This document shows positions 1 through 54,157 of a DNA stretch of 64,000 nucleotides, one piece after another. The notes under the pieces were generated by a model. The model had not been told where the DNA came from and did no database searches. It worked only from the letters and a program-made list of their open reading frames with translations. The DNA comes from Paraspadella gotoi (taxonomy: Eukaryota > Animalia > Chaetognatha), in NCBI GenBank assembly GCA_051294375.1, contig CM119265.1, forward strand, positions 13,260,124 to 13,324,123, in the 5' to 3' direction. The translations under genes were made by a program, and so were the position numbers. Position 1 is the stretch's first letter. Every line of letters starts with the position of its first letter.

Positions 1-3000
1 AAATTAAGTTAGTTTTAAGATTAAAGAGAAAAAGAAAAAAAATGACGGAGTATGTAAAAACAGTTTAAAAAAAAGCAAAACGTAGACTGAGATGTGAAAT
101 TAAAGAATGGCAAATATGGGAGATAATCAAAATGAACGAGACGGGGTCGCCTTGTGATCGAGGACAAAAAATAAGCCAAGCAATCGAGGATTCCAGCGAG
201 CGAAATTCGAAAGAGTATCGAAAGAGCGTCCAACTTACCAATTCGTCTTTTCAAGTTTTTATCTATCGTGGAAGGATCGACTCAACTGACTTTAAAAATA
301 ATAAGATTAAAAAGACTTTTTGGTGTATAGTATCATATTTATTTAACGAGCTTGAAAAAAAATATAGGACCATGCTACTTTCCACTGAAATATACAATAA
401 TTATGATACTACTACTTCACTTGATAGCGGACTCTGAGCGTTCCGGAAAAATCCCCACCTTCAACATTACCCAACAAATAAAATAAAACGAATAAAAAAA
501 TGGGGAAAAATATTTGCTTCTGAAGCCAAGCGTTTTGTTCATTAAATTCCGCTGCCGAAGAGAAGCATCGCTGGTTAAAGAAAAAAAGAATCGAAAGATA
601 CATAATTTATTGTTCATTCATCCTCTGCTTGAATCTAGAGTAAAGTTGGATGTATATGTTTTGTTTTTGTATAAAAGTAAAAACTTTGATTAAAATATTT
701 CTAAAACATTTTTTTTCCTAGGTACGATTCAGTTTAGACGTAAACCCGAAAAAAAGTCATATTTTATGATCTTTCGAAAGAAATAAACGATCACGACAAC
801 ATCTATAATATCACAGTGCGAATGCCAGTGGTTTTTTGTTTTTTTTAAGAGGATGACGTATAATATATTAAATAAGGTCACGATAGAGTTACCCCCAAAG
901 CTCTATTTTGCTAAGCTACGACTCATTTATTAAAACTACGGCTAATTGTAGCGAGATAACTACATCTACGAGTGATGGCATCGGCGGGCAACAACGCCCC
1001 CGTCCGACGGATGGCGAGAAAGGGGTTTTGTATATAAAAAGACGAGATATAAAAGATGGCGCTAAGTTAGTTGGACACGAGATCACAAGGAATGTTAGTA
1101 TAAACATAAAAAAAAAACTCGTTATCTTTAAGTCTGGTCATTATCCAAACCCATTCTACATTGTAATCATTTGGGAAAACAGCTTTTTCTGTTGCTTACT
1201 CGCCATAATTAAAGTGGGGGGGGGGAAATTCCGGGTCTTCTTTTATAAACGATTTTGGTTAAAAAGAGAGACATTTCGTAGATGGGCTCATCAACTTTGG
1301 ACCAAGATAACACTTTCTCTCAATAAAAAAATTTAAATTGAAAATAGGTATTAAATATTCTTTAACGTCTACTGATTTTAGATTTAATTTTTCGAATAAA
1401 TTTCCTTGTGATTTGGTTGTTACAAGCGATAATTTTTTTTAGCTTCTTCGGGATCCATGGTACATTGATGGTGCAATGTGTGTTCGTAACGGTTCCATCC
1501 CAATTCATTTTGAGATGTTATAACTTAAATTTAGAATCTCATTGGAAACAACTTCATCAGATGACATCCGGGTTTGTTTTTTAATATTTTTTTTTTATTC
1601 AAGTAGCTCATCTCATTGTTTTTTTTTTTGGGGTTGCGTTTCTCATTTTTGATAATAATTCGGTTTTCAATGGCAAATGGAAGATGAAAAATGTCTCATT
1701 GCGTTTAAAAATGAACAGGAAACACGACATGACATCCTAACTTCACATGACACTAATATTACGACACAGATAGAATAGTAACATTTAGTTTGTTTAGTAA
1801 AAAGTTAAGATTTGATTTGTATTAGTGACGCAGGGTGTTGAGTGAGAGATTTCGTCTATCACAAAAAAGAAAAACACGAAATGAGAGGAGTACACTTTTT
1901 TGTTTTGTTTTTTTTTTGTTCTGTGTGAGTGAGTGTGATGCTCGCCTTAATCAGCTGGGAACCACGAAGCCATTTACGAAGACAGAGGCCAGGGACGCAG
2001 GCCAATGAAAGAAATGCTTTCGGTAAAATTACTTTACGGTAGAGAATAAAGGTGAAAAAATATTTAATTGGTTGTTCTAAAACCCTTATTACCAAAATGT
2101 TTTACCTTTTTTTCGACCACACTACATATCGATATTATTTACTAATTAAAAAGTTTCTCACAAAGGCCTTCTTCCTTCGTTGGTTTCAAATCCGACAGGA
2201 CTTTTCACAATTTATAACCAAATTTAAAGAGAAAATTATGAAAGGAGATAGAAATCAATAAAAATACCAAAATTTAACGAAACTAACAACTGAGAATTCC
2301 TTTAGTAGGGATACAAAGCCATTCGAAATGTAAGTAGGAACAGAGGAACCTTAAATTTAAAAAAATTCGAAATAGAATAAAAAATAAATGGAGAGTCGGG
2401 TTAGCATCCGGAACGCTCGGAGTCAACTCAAGTAAAAAAAAAAGCAAAACCCTTTGCATTGTAAAAAAAATGCGTAAGTCTGTTCGATTTACATTGAAAC
2501 ATTTTTGTCTAAAATATTCCTTATCATTTTTACAAATATTTTTGTAGCATATAAATGACGTGAGATAGGGATGGGCTCAAGGGGGTTGGCGGGGGGGAAA
2601 AGGGGTGGGATGGCCAATGAAAAAAGATTCGTACACTATCACAGTAACTGATTCAGATTCACTCGACTGATTTGCATAACAGGGATGAAAGGAAATTTTG
2701 ATAATTGATGCTACGCTGGTTTTTGTACCATTTGCGTACTGGGGACTTAATCGTTTATTTTCTCCTTTTAAAAAAAAAAAATTAATGTTAACTACATGAG
2801 TTAACCTCACGTTTTTCGCCAAGCGCCGTTACCACAGGAATCAAAACTGATTTTCCGATCAAGGAACGGAAAGGAAAAACAAATCAAAGACTTTCATTGA
2901 TAAAAAAGGTAATTTTCATTTAGATATACGTTTGTTGTAAGTCTCCCTGAAAAGTATTAACGCTAATTTAAAGAGAAAATTAAAGATTCTTAGCAAAACC

Positions 3001-4880
3001 AACGAGAAAACCTGCGACTACTTTGGCTCTTATGGTTGACCGACAATAAGGACAAAAAAAGCGGTGAGTTTCATATCTTGCGTGTTGTAAACGTTTACGG
3101 CAAAAGGTCAAAAACCTTGGCAGTCTTGAGTTTAAACGATTGTAATTAAAAATAAAAATTGATAATCCAAGACCAAGCACCTTACGTAGTTAGGTTTGGT
3201 AGGTTTAAAGAATTTAAGTATCAAAATAGGGTTAAAGTATGATATACAAGGTTTCGTTAATCTTAGTCAATAGTTACAAAAGTATCATAATTTTTTTTTT
3301 TTTGAAATGCAACTGTACATTTTTTATTTAGTTTTGATACTTTTCCCTTTGTATATATTTCATAATGTAATTTTTGCTTTGGAGAAAGATTACATGCTTT
3401 TTGTGTATAGTTAACAATTAAATTACCTTAACATTATTTGTGCATATTTTTTTCTGAAAACGGTGTGCACATGTAAATTTGCATCTACAGGGGATTGTGG
3501 TACTGAATTTTATTTTACGTTGCGAATCATAGTTACTTTATGCAATTAAAGCCCTCTTTTCTAGTCAACACAAAGATTTTTTTTGTTCCTTCGGAAAGAT
3601 CGCAACAATGAAGGACCACTTGGTCCCAGTTAAGTCAGATACACTCATATGCGTTTTATTCGTATGCCAACTGACATGTCATGGAACTGTCATGTCGCGA
3701 GACATGACCTGTGGCATGTCATTTGCGAGGAGGAGACAAAGGAAGGAGTTTCTCTTTTGGTTTTCAATGTTTGAAGCGACTGAAAGGAGAAAATCAATAA
3801 ATATGTTTCCTTTGCTTGCCGAAAATCAATAAATACTTTTCCTTTTTTTTTTTCAAAGCTATAGTGACAAGTAATAATTTTTTTTTTCAATAAAATAGTC
3901 TTTATTAAATAATGAAATTAATATTTATTGGTTTGAAAACGAATAAGAAATTGAGATTCCAGTTTCCTTGTTTTTCCTTTGGGCGAAGGAGTTATATGAG
4001 GAAACTGTCGCACAATTTCTTGAAAAAATAGGAATTAAAAACTGCCGTAATGCGTAGAAAGGTATTTTTTTTTATCGAAAAAAAGATAGCAAATGATTAA
4101 AGGAATAATCGGCATTAATATAAATTAATATATGTTAGCTTCCGGTAAAGAACGATAGAATTGTAGAGAGATTTATTTGTATTTCTTTGCGCCGGTCTTG
4201 TATAAAAAGTAAAGAAGTAATTTGGTTTCCTATACAGTTTCAATGTATATGCAAAGCCTCTTTCTTACATGTGTTACCTAATTAAAAAAAACCCAAGAAG
4301 CGGCTAAGTCATATAGGAATAAATACAAGTAGGAATGTTTGTAATTTCGCAACAATCTTTTTTTGTAAAGTATAAACTGTACACATTCAGTTAATATATT
4401 TGTAAAAAATAATCGTAAAAGAATTTTTTTGGTTAATTTGTTTAAATCTTCATAATTTTTTAAATACTGAGACGTAACTCCCGTTCATGGCAAATTTCCA
4501 GCCTTGATAGTAACCTTTCCTCTTTTTCTACACCACGTCGATATAAATTTTATAATCTACGAATCTGCTTTACTTTCGATAATTTCTTTGGGTTTTTTAT
4601 TTTCAAAATGGTTGCGCGCGCGGCAAAAACAGTCGTTGCTGCGATCCAATCGTCAACTACGAGTCTAAATGAAAACAAACAGGCATCGCTGCCGTCCAGT
4701 AGGCAGCCGCGACTTTCAAGCGTAAACAAAAAAATACTTTCGATATGTTCGACGCTGGTTCTAGTACTTTCTCTCACTCGTAGATTATATACTAATATTA
4801 CTAATTACAAAATGATTCTCAAGAAATAAATTAATTCATTCGAATAGGGCGATTTGAATCTTTACTTTCCATTTTATATT

Positions 4881-44782
<39,902 letters not shown>

Positions 44783-47700
44783 CTGTGGAAAGGTGAGAGA
44801 GAGAGAGAGAGAGAATATGAGAATCGATCGATTGATCGATAGGGTGAAAAAAAAATTTCGCGCCCGCACCTTATCTTCCGACTGCTGCGATGTTTGGCTG
44901 TTGGGCTGGTTAGGTTCGGTTTGATCGGGTCGCGGTAAAAGGGTGACATCTGTAGACGTTTGTGAATGTAGTCGTCGTTGTTGTTGTAGTCGTGGTCCTT
45001 TGGGGTCGGGGCTGAGTGGAAACCGAGTTGATTTGAAACGAGGGGAAGCGAGGACGGACGACGACGCCGCCGAAGCGACGACGGCAACGACGACCGATCA
45101 TCGCCAGAAAAATAAAAGGGAAACCGAGTTTGGTTTTTTTTTTCTATATTTTTATTTTTGGTTTTTTTCAAGAGGTGTCGAGAGATGAAAACGAAAGCGA
45201 GAAAAGCGGGAAACAAAAGGGAAGCGACGATGAGGAAAAGAGACCAAAAGGCGAGGAAGACGAAATCGGTTGAATTTAGTTTTTTTTTAAATGACAAAAA
45301 CTTTTCTACGTCTTGAAATGAAAAAAGGAGGCTGGTTTTGCCGTTAAGCTTTTCTACAGTTATATAATTTTAGTTTCATCAGAAAAAAAAAAAAATAAAG
45401 AAAGAAAAGAAGTTTGGAGAGAGTCAAACTTTGGTGAAGACTTTTTGGGAGATAAGAGAGTTCACGTGGAGGTAAAGAGAAAAACACACAGAGACAGAGA
45501 CACGAAGACGAGGAGTTCACATTCAAGAGGAGAAATGAAGCCAAGAAATGTTTTTTTTTTTTGGTTGTTTTTTGGGTTTTGTTTGGATTGGAAAAAACTA
45601 GAACGTCGAGGAAAGAAGAGTATGTGCGTGAAGTCGACTACTTTTTAGTTACTAATTAACACAAAATTTTCTAAGGTTGGTTTTTTTTTCGTTGGACAGG
45701 AGAGAGAGAGAGATAAATATATAAACAGAACGTGGTACGTGGTACGTGGTCGGGTTTTGAGGGAACAGATTCCTTTTGTTTTGTTTTGCTTTTTTCTCTT
45801 GATGGTAAAAAGATTTGTAATATATAATCTTTTAATCTACTTAAGACGAAACATCTATGGTAGCGAAATTAACGCTTGAAAGGGGAACGGCTGGGTATTG
45901 GTAGTATTTATTTGTACACTTTTTTTTCTTTCAATGCAGTTATCACTGTTTCTCTAACATTTCTTTTTCTTTCACGAAATGAATTTAATAGTAGAAAATG
46001 AGGAAAATATTATATGTAGGCTGAAATTGTTTTAAAATATTAAACAAAAAATAATTTTTAAGAGGTAATTACGTTACTTTAGAATCTTAACGAAGTCACA
46101 ACACAGAAAACACGAGATGTTAACAGGTTTCGGGTTTTAAAAAAAAACTTTAGGATGCGTTGTAGACAGCTTCTCTGTTTTGTCGTCGAGATGGCAGTAT
46201 TTGTATCTTTTATGTTGTATTTATTACTGGTTTATATTTTCAAGTAACGTTTTCAAGTGCAATGGTTTATTTATAATTTCCGTTGGTGTTTTTTCTTGTT
46301 TAAAAATTGTCACACTGTATTTTATTGTTGCATTGATTATCTTATCGTGAGAAGAGTAATACTCTTGCTTTTGCTATAAACAAATTCTTCTCATTGCTTT
46401 CTCACCCTGAAAGGGCAATAAGTAAAGATTTGGTGGCAAGAAGATGGGTATGATTTTTTTCTTTCTTGCTCGCTCGCTACTGTTGTGAAATTATCACTGA
46501 CTTTTGAGTGACGCTATTGTTATGTTGACACCTAATAGCGATGTGACTGCTTCTGTTGTTGAATACTACTGATTCCACCTCGCTTTATAGAAAACGTCAT
46601 TGCTACTGCTGCAACAGTTTGATCTCAAACGAAACTGAGGCAGCTTAACGAAAGTTGACTGAGGTTATTTCCAAGTATTGTTGTTTCACAATACTGTAGT
46701 CCGTATACTGTTGTCTTTTTAAGGCGTTAGCGGTGATGTCTTGCAAATTTAGTCTATTTTTGAGTTTTTTTTCTCAACAAAATTTTTCAATTCAATGCAC
46801 ATAAAAATCCTGAGTTTCCGATTTTCTAGACGTTTTAGGTGAAGAATCAGACCAGCAGACGCTCACACAGATCGCAAAGCGCATCCTGTCACCGCAAGGA
46901 GCGCCACCGGCGTCGTCTCGACCTCTCGCGACCTCTTCCGCGCGCGGCGTCCTCTCAGTTGAGGGAACGAGAGGCTCACGGCGCGCTCGAAGATGACGTC
47001 ACCGGGAAGAAAAGACGACGTCGATTGGTCCACCTTTTACTTTTTTTTATTTTTAATTCGTTTAGGTGTTTATCGAAGCGAATATTGTTGGGATCTTTTT
47101 CAAATACTGGTTTTAAACTTTTGTCTATAAAAGTGATCAGTAACGCAAGAGCAGCCACATTCAAGTCATTGATCAGCAAATTTTCATTTTCTTCTTGCGA
47201 CCTTTAGATCTATTTTTTTAAACAAAACAAATGGCCTTTGATTTTGAGAGAAAATGTTTTTATTTTTTACGTGGGGGAGGCAATAGAGGTGTTCAGGAAG
47301 GAATTGACAGAGTTGAGAAATTGTCAAGGTGTTGTAGTAGAAGGTGAGGAATTTCCGGGGTGTTGCAGAAGGTGAGGAGAATGCGAGCACGATGAGGCTT
47401 TGATAGATGAGGAGCAAGGAGTGAAAAGGAGATGTCGTTTGAATTCTTTCTTTCTTTCTTTCATAAATTTTTTCCCTGTCGGTTCCACTCTCACGATATA
47501 ACCGACCTTCCGCCCCGCTTTCTCTCTCTGCGCTCGTCGCGCCCTCTCTTTCGTTGGCAACAGGGAGGGCGCGCCCTCTCGAGCCCGGCGCCCTTTCGAA
47601 CGAGCGGCGGGTTATTTCCTGGCAACGCTCGTTTCCATCGACGCCATCTTTTCTACTCCCCCTGCTTATTTTCGAATCAGCGAGGAAAATTCACACCAGT

Positions 47701-48665
47701 AGCAAGCGAACAAGAGAACAACTCAATGATCGGCTGATTGACCGAAAAACGCCGCGGAAAAGCGAGACGGCCTCGCTTCGCCCAGCGACACTGTCGTTAA
47801 AACGAGAAAATAAAAGCGAGGGTGTTCAACGGAGTTTCTTAGTTTCGTCGGGCCGGGTTTTGTTTGTTTATCGATTCGTTTCGTCCGCTGGTTCGATTTT
47901 TTGTTGAAGGTTTTTTTTTTTTTTTCGTTCGAAGTTCCTCACATTCCCCCTGGCGAAATCGGGGGCGGGGGGGGAAATCCGTTTAAGGCATGCGCGGTGA
48001 TAACGGAAATGCTCGGTGGGCGTGGTCAGAACCGAGTCACTTTTATGCTCTGCAGGGAGATTTTTACCGTTCGAAGCTTCCGAGAATGGTTTTTTTTTTA
48101 AACTTATCCGATTAATGATAAAATTTGGTTTTTGGAAAAAAAATGGGTGCCGTTCAATTCTTTTTTTTAAAAATCCCTTGATTAGTACACAGTAGTTCAG
48201 TTTTTTCTCTAATCCAACATAAGGCGAAGATATTTTTTTTCTTATTGAAATATGTTGGTGAACAGGAATCGTTGGGAGGAGCAATAAGAGAAGTGTTGTC
48301 AGCAAGGGGTCACCGTAGTTATTTCTTTTTTGGGAGGAGGAGGATCTATTATTTGAGTTTTTTTGTTGTTTTTTTAAATACAGTTTTCTGTTTCGTCTTT
48401 GGTCTTTTGACTTTCGTTACCCAAAATTATTTGCATTTACCAATACCAATAGCGAAAGTGATAACCGATAATCTTTTATCTTCAATTGCCCTTTTCGTCT
48501 ACGGGTTTTAGCTGATTGGTGAGGCGATTCCAGAAATCTCAAGCGCTTCGTTCGACCTGAGAAAAAAAGGTAAGCAAATTTTAGACGAGGCGTTCTTGGA
48601 ATTTGTAGTTTTCGGTGGTAAAAATTACTAATCTCAATTTTCTATTTCACGTATAGCTTATCGGG

Positions 48666-48998
48666 TTGAATATTCACCCTTTCGGATCTTCCCGGTCGGT
48701 GATTTTTTTTCCTGCACGAACGTAAAAAAAAAATTCGCGAAAAAAAAGAACAAAAACAAAACAACCACCCTTGACCGTAACCAGTAACCACCCTTAACCC
48801 TAACTTTAACTACAATTAACGACCCCTAACCCTATCCTATCCAACCCTAACCCTAACCAATAACCACCCCTAACCCTAACTAACCTTAACCCTTAACTAA
48901 ACTTTACTTTTTTCCCTTGTAATATCAAACCACGGTATTGCTATATATATAAATATAAAAATAACCGACAGGCTGGGTTACGGTCGGTGAAATTACAA
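48666..48998. repeat. Degenerate (CCCTAA)n telomere-like tract inside imperfect ~40-bp inverted repeats
   Basis: ccctaaccctaacc variants at ~48765-48900; flanks ttgaatattcacc...gtcggtgattttt and aaaaataaccgac...ggtgaaattacaa are imperfectly complementary. Confidence 0.55.
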
Positions 48999-51094
48999 TT
49001 TCGCCACTTATCGTTCCAAACATCACAAATAGTACAAATTATAAGCTATAATTTTTTTCATTTTCAAAACCTACTTAATTTAAGTCGATGAATTTCCTTT
49101 TTCTGTTGTGTTTAATCTTCTCTCTCGTATCCAATTTCCTTCTTTGCGTTGCATTGCATTCTTTTGCGATGTTATTTCGTTTTAACCAATATTACCAGTA
49201 AATGCGACAGTTAGTGTTTGATACTTCACAGTCGGGGAAGCCTTCGGTCTCGGATGAATCCAGGAAGGGGGCGGTATAAAGGAGAAACTTGTTGTGAAAT
49301 TTCGGTGTTTACTCGTTCGTTACGTCGATTTTTTTTGTTGTTGTTGTACAAGAACTTTTCACCGAGGCGAGAAAGCAGTAATAAAGGGAGGAATATGTAG
49401 ATGTCAGTTTTAATAAAATTTTAACAAAAACCAAGAATGTAAAATATATTCTTTCTCGAACAGGTCCAGAACTAATGCAAAGGAAGGTTATCTAATTTAA
49501 AAGATTAAAATTCAAAACGAACTCCGAGTGTAAACCAAAATAAAATTTCAATATAAACAAAACTGGAACTATTGATTTACCTCACAAGTTATTTATTCCG
49601 TTTTCCTTGACCAATCCGGATCTTGTAATCTATTTATTTCGGTGTAGAGTCAAGTCTCAGTTATCAGATATAGAGTATCAGATGACGTGTGGAATATTTA
49701 GGAATGTGGAATGAAGATTTAGGCTGTTTTTCCTTTTCTTGTTTTCTATGCATGTGTTTTGTTTGTTTGGTTCGGTCTTTGTTCATTCTTTGACGCAACA
49801 ATGTTGATAAGAAAAGAGGGCTGTATAAAAACATTAAAAGTAAATTATGTTAAAATATAGACTTTTTTTAAAAACTGACGTCATCTTACCTTTCGTGACA
49901 AGAGTTTTTTTTTAAAGGCTTCTTTCTTTTCTATAATTTGCATATATATTATATATATTTGGGTGAAAGCTTATCTTGACTTTCTTTTTGCCAGTGTGCA
50001 GAATTTTTTGTTTTTACTTTTTTTTTAAGTAAAGCACAGCATTTTTTGTAATTTAAAAAGAAAACATCCCACGATAAATACTGGGTTTTTAAATTTTTGA
50101 TCTCTCTGGGCCCCAAATTGCGCGTGATGCCCGCTGGTGGAGGCAGCAGTTGTAGAGAGGCTTTTTTGGGTGGCCGGGCAAGCCGCCTGGTCGGAGGGCC
50201 GAGAAAGGAAGACGTTGAGGAGGAAGGGGCTGGGATAAGCCTATTAGAGAAGGATGATGAACTCCTTAGAGGAGGAAGCGTCAAACTCAATTAAAGCGGA
50301 GGAGGAAGAGCAGACGCGACGGACGAGCACAGGATGCCGAAGCACGCCATGGGGAGGAGGGGGAAGAGAACGCTACTCTCCTCCTCCTCGCTGCACGCCC
50401 GGTGGGGAAAGACGAGGAGAAACGGATAGAAAGGAAAGTAAAGAACGCGGCCAAGAAAAGCGGAGGAAAAGGAGGTAGGGGAAAAGGAGGAAAAAGGAAA
50501 GAAGGCTATTCATGTTGGGACGGAAGACCTAATCCCCGGAAAGTCTTTCCCTATCTCGGCCCTTTTAAAAACTGGCCAAATATTTCGGTCATCCCATGGG
50601 ACGTTGACTTCTAAGGACGTTCTGAGGCCGACGCTACGCCAATGCTACGGCGCTACGCCCTTCAGCTTCGTTCTTCGCTTCGTGGTTTCCGCGCACGATT
50701 CGATTAACTCGTCCACGCGTTCGGAAAGAGAGAAATCGTTTCCGCCGTCGAAAAAAAAAAACAATCGGGGCGAAAGATATTAAAAGACTTCGACTCGGGG
50801 AGAAAAAAAAACGGTGCTGAGGTAGAAAATTAGAAAATGGAATATTTTAGGATGGAATTGAATTCGGCTAGATTGAAATTATAGTTCGCTTTGTTTTTTT
50901 TTACGATTATTCCTCGAAGAAATTTATTGCACTGTCAAACAAATCGTGACGATCGTTTCCAAGCTTTCAAACTCGAATCGGTTCTACCTCGATGAATAAC
51001 ATGTTTATGCATTTAATCGACCGATATTTTCAAGCTTGAATTTTGAATGCGATCGAACAATCGAAAACTTAGTAGGGCTTGGATTTGTTCTTTC

Positions 51095-52565
51095 TAGAGT
51101 TCCGATAACCGTTAACAGTTAACGGTTATTAACGATTAAAAATAATTTTAACTTAACCGTTAATATATTTATTTTAACGGTTAAATTCGGTTAATTTTCA
51201 AGTATGATTATTGTTAATTTTTGTTATGAAAACTTTGATTTTTTAAGAAAAAAATTTTTTTTCCTTATTCTCCTTTCCCTTTCTCACTATATTTTCCCCC
51301 CTCTCTCTGTTCTATATTTTCCCCTTTTTTTCTTTCTTATTTTCAACCCTTTTAATCTTTTTCTATCCTAATCTATTATCTATTTTTTACTGCCCTTCCA
51401 GTATTTTTTACTTACTTTCTCCCAATTGTTTTCGTTTTTCCATTCAGCTCATTTTTTACATTTACATCAAAGAATATTTTGAAATATAATATGCATCTGC
51501 ATATATATTTTTTTGCAAATCAAATTTTTACATGCAATAATATTCTATTTTGCTAATAAAAAAAATAAATACGCTTTCTTATTTTACTTTTTTAGCTTTT
51601 TCTTTCAATTTTTAAAACGAACTAAGAAGTAAATAAAATAAAGCCGAATGAATGAAAAAAAAAAACTAAAATAAAAAAATTATTAGAAAACATTTAAAAA
51701 ATGAACAATAAAAGGAATGAATCTTTTAAAAGACATTAAGGCTAACTAAAACTATCCATCAATGATGATATACTTTACTTTAATACAATTTTTAAAAAAT
51801 ATTTATTAATTAATAACTCTTTTGATCAATCGATCATTCAACTAACCATTCAATTAAATAATTGATATTCATAATTAAGAGAAAACAAAGTTAATAACGG
51901 GTTTTTATTCCAAAAAACGGACATGTTTCGAGTCTACATCGGCGCGTGAGAGTCGAAACATGTTCGTTTTTTTTAAATAAAAACCTGTTGTTTGTAAACA
52001 AAAATAAACTTTACTTTCACTTATCTATAAACGCAACGAAAAAAAAGGCTTAACACAATATTCATAATTATAATTATATTTATGGTCATGGTTTATGAAA
52101 GACTAACAACAGAAAACATGCTTTCAAAAAACTAACAAACTATAAAAATAATAGAAAGAAAAAGAGAGAAAAGATAAAACAAAATATACAGAATTAAAAT
52201 TACATTGTGCTTTTTCTTTTATTGTCTTTTTTCATATTTTTATTATGCTATGAGGCAAAAGAAAAATTAATTATAATGCTTTATTTGATTAGCTGATGGG
52301 TAGATTTAAGATAGTTTTTTCAAACCAATTTTCTCATTTATCAACTATAATGTGTACCTCATCCTTCTGAAATAGAAGATAAAGACGATTCAGTAGCCGG
52401 AGTTAAGGAGAAAAATACCATTAAATACTTTAGATAGTTTTAAATATTATATTTTAAATTTAAAGTTAAATTATAAAATTAACCGATTTAACGGTTAACC
52501 GTTAAAAACGTTAGTTTTAACGGTTAAACGAAGTTCCTCAAAAATTAACGGTTAACGGAACCCAA
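51095..52565. mobile_element. Non-autonomous hAT-like DNA transposon (~1.47 kb)
   Basis: Identical 8-bp target-site duplication GTTCTTTC at 51087-51094 and 52566-52573; imperfect TIRs TAGAGTTCCGATAACCGTTAA / TTAACGGTTAACGGAACCCAA; clustered subterminal TTAACCGTTAA/TTAACGGTTAA motifs at both ends; no ORF. Confidence 0.85.
51878..52057. mobile_element. Small palindromic insertion nested in the hAT-like element
   Basis: Flanked by 13-bp direct repeat ATATTCATAATTA (51865-51877, 52058-52070); contains a hairpin with ~36-bp arms (aacgggtttttatt...catgtttcga / tcgaaacatg...aataaaaacctgtt). Confidence 0.6.
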
Positions 52566-52903
52566 GTTCTTTCCAAGGATCAGCTGAACCCTTGTATAAT
52601 GATTTTGCCTTCTGAATTCTGTAATCGCAATCCACTATAGTTTATATGTAAAGAAAAGAAGGGTTTGAGAGAACTGAGCATAATGTTGGCAAAAGCGACG
52701 GAAAGTGATAGTTGTGGGACGTGGGTGTTATGATAGAGGATAGCACGGCGAAATGGTTTTGAGCTTATGAGCTGATCATCAGAAAATGGCGCTCATTCAT
52801 TTCGAAATTTTTGATTTTCACAGTGAAGGAGCGATAGGAGATACGAGATGCCAGCTTAGATAAGATAAAATGTAAATGAGCTAGAGAGAGAGAGAGAGAG
52901 AGA

Positions 52904-52928
52904 NNNNNNNNNNNNNNNNNNNNNNNNN
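52904..52928. other. Assembly gap (25 N)
   Basis: Run of N in the sequence. Confidence 1.
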
Positions 52929-54010
52929 TCTTTTGATCAATGATCATTCACATAACTAACCATTCATTAATAAATGTGATATTCATAATTAAGAGAAAAC
53001 AAAGTTAATAACGGGTTTTTATTCCAAAAAACGGACATGTTTCGAGTCTACATCGGCGCGTGAGAGTCGAAACATGTTCGTTTTTTTTAAATAAAAACCT
53101 GTTGTTTGTAAACAAATAAACTTTACTTTCACTTATCTATAAACGCAACGAAAAAAAAGGCTTAACACAATATTCATAATTATAATTATATTTATGGTCA
53201 TGGTTTATGAAAGACTAACAACAGAAAACATGCTTTCAAAAAACTAACAACTATAAAAATAATAGAAAGAAAAAAAGAGAAAGATAAAACAAAAATATAC
53301 AGAATTAAAATTACATTGTGGCTTTTTCTTTTATTGTCTTTTTTTCATATTTTTATTATGCTATGAGGCAAAAGAAAAATTTATTATAATGCTTTATTTG
53401 ATTAGCTGATGGGTAGATTTAAGATAGTTTTTTCAAACCAATTTTCTCATTTATCAACTATAATGTGTACCTCATCCTTCTGAAATAGAAGATAAAGACG
53501 ATTCAGTAGCCGGAGTTAAGGAGAAAAATACCATTAAATACTTTAGATAGTTTTAAATATTAATATTTTAAATTTAAAGTTAAATTAAAAATTAACCGAT
53601 TTTAACGGTTAACCGTTAAAAAACGTTAGTTTTAACGGTTAAACGAAGTTCTCTCAAAAATTAACGGTTAACGGAACCCAAGTTCTTTCCAAGGATCAGC
53701 TGAACCCTTGTATAATGATTTTGCCTTCTGAATTCTGTAATCGCAATCCACTATAGTTTATATGTAAAGAAAAGAAGGGTTTGAGAGAACTGAGCATAAT
53801 GTTGGCAAAAGCGACGGAAAGTGATAGTTGTGGGACGTGGGTGTTATGATAGAAGGATAGCACGGCGAAATGGTTTTGAGCTTATGAGCTGATCATCAGA
53901 AAATGGCGCCTCATTCATTTCGAAAATTTTTGATTTTCACAGTGAAGGAGCGATAGGAGATACGAGATGCCAGCTTAGATAAGATAAAATGTAAAATGAG
54001 CTAGAGAGAG
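52929..54010 (+). repeat. Near-identical second copy of ~51818-52903 (probable uncollapsed contig overlap)
   Basis: ~1.08 kb repeated directly after the N gap; differences are mainly homopolymer-length indels. Confidence 0.85.
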
Positions 54011-54046
54011 AGGAGAGAGAGAGAGAGAGAGAGGAGAGAGAGGAGA

Positions 54047-54157
<111 letters not shown>

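Noticed and set aside
1-4880. Short ORFs downstream of the Cav2 stop (e.g. 908-1336)
   Set aside because: AT-rich, no recognisable domains or coherent exon chain; probably 3' UTR or intergenic.
51920-51970. Possible hammerhead ribozyme in the palindromic insert
   Set aside because: GAAAC is present but there is no intact CUGANGA core on either strand.
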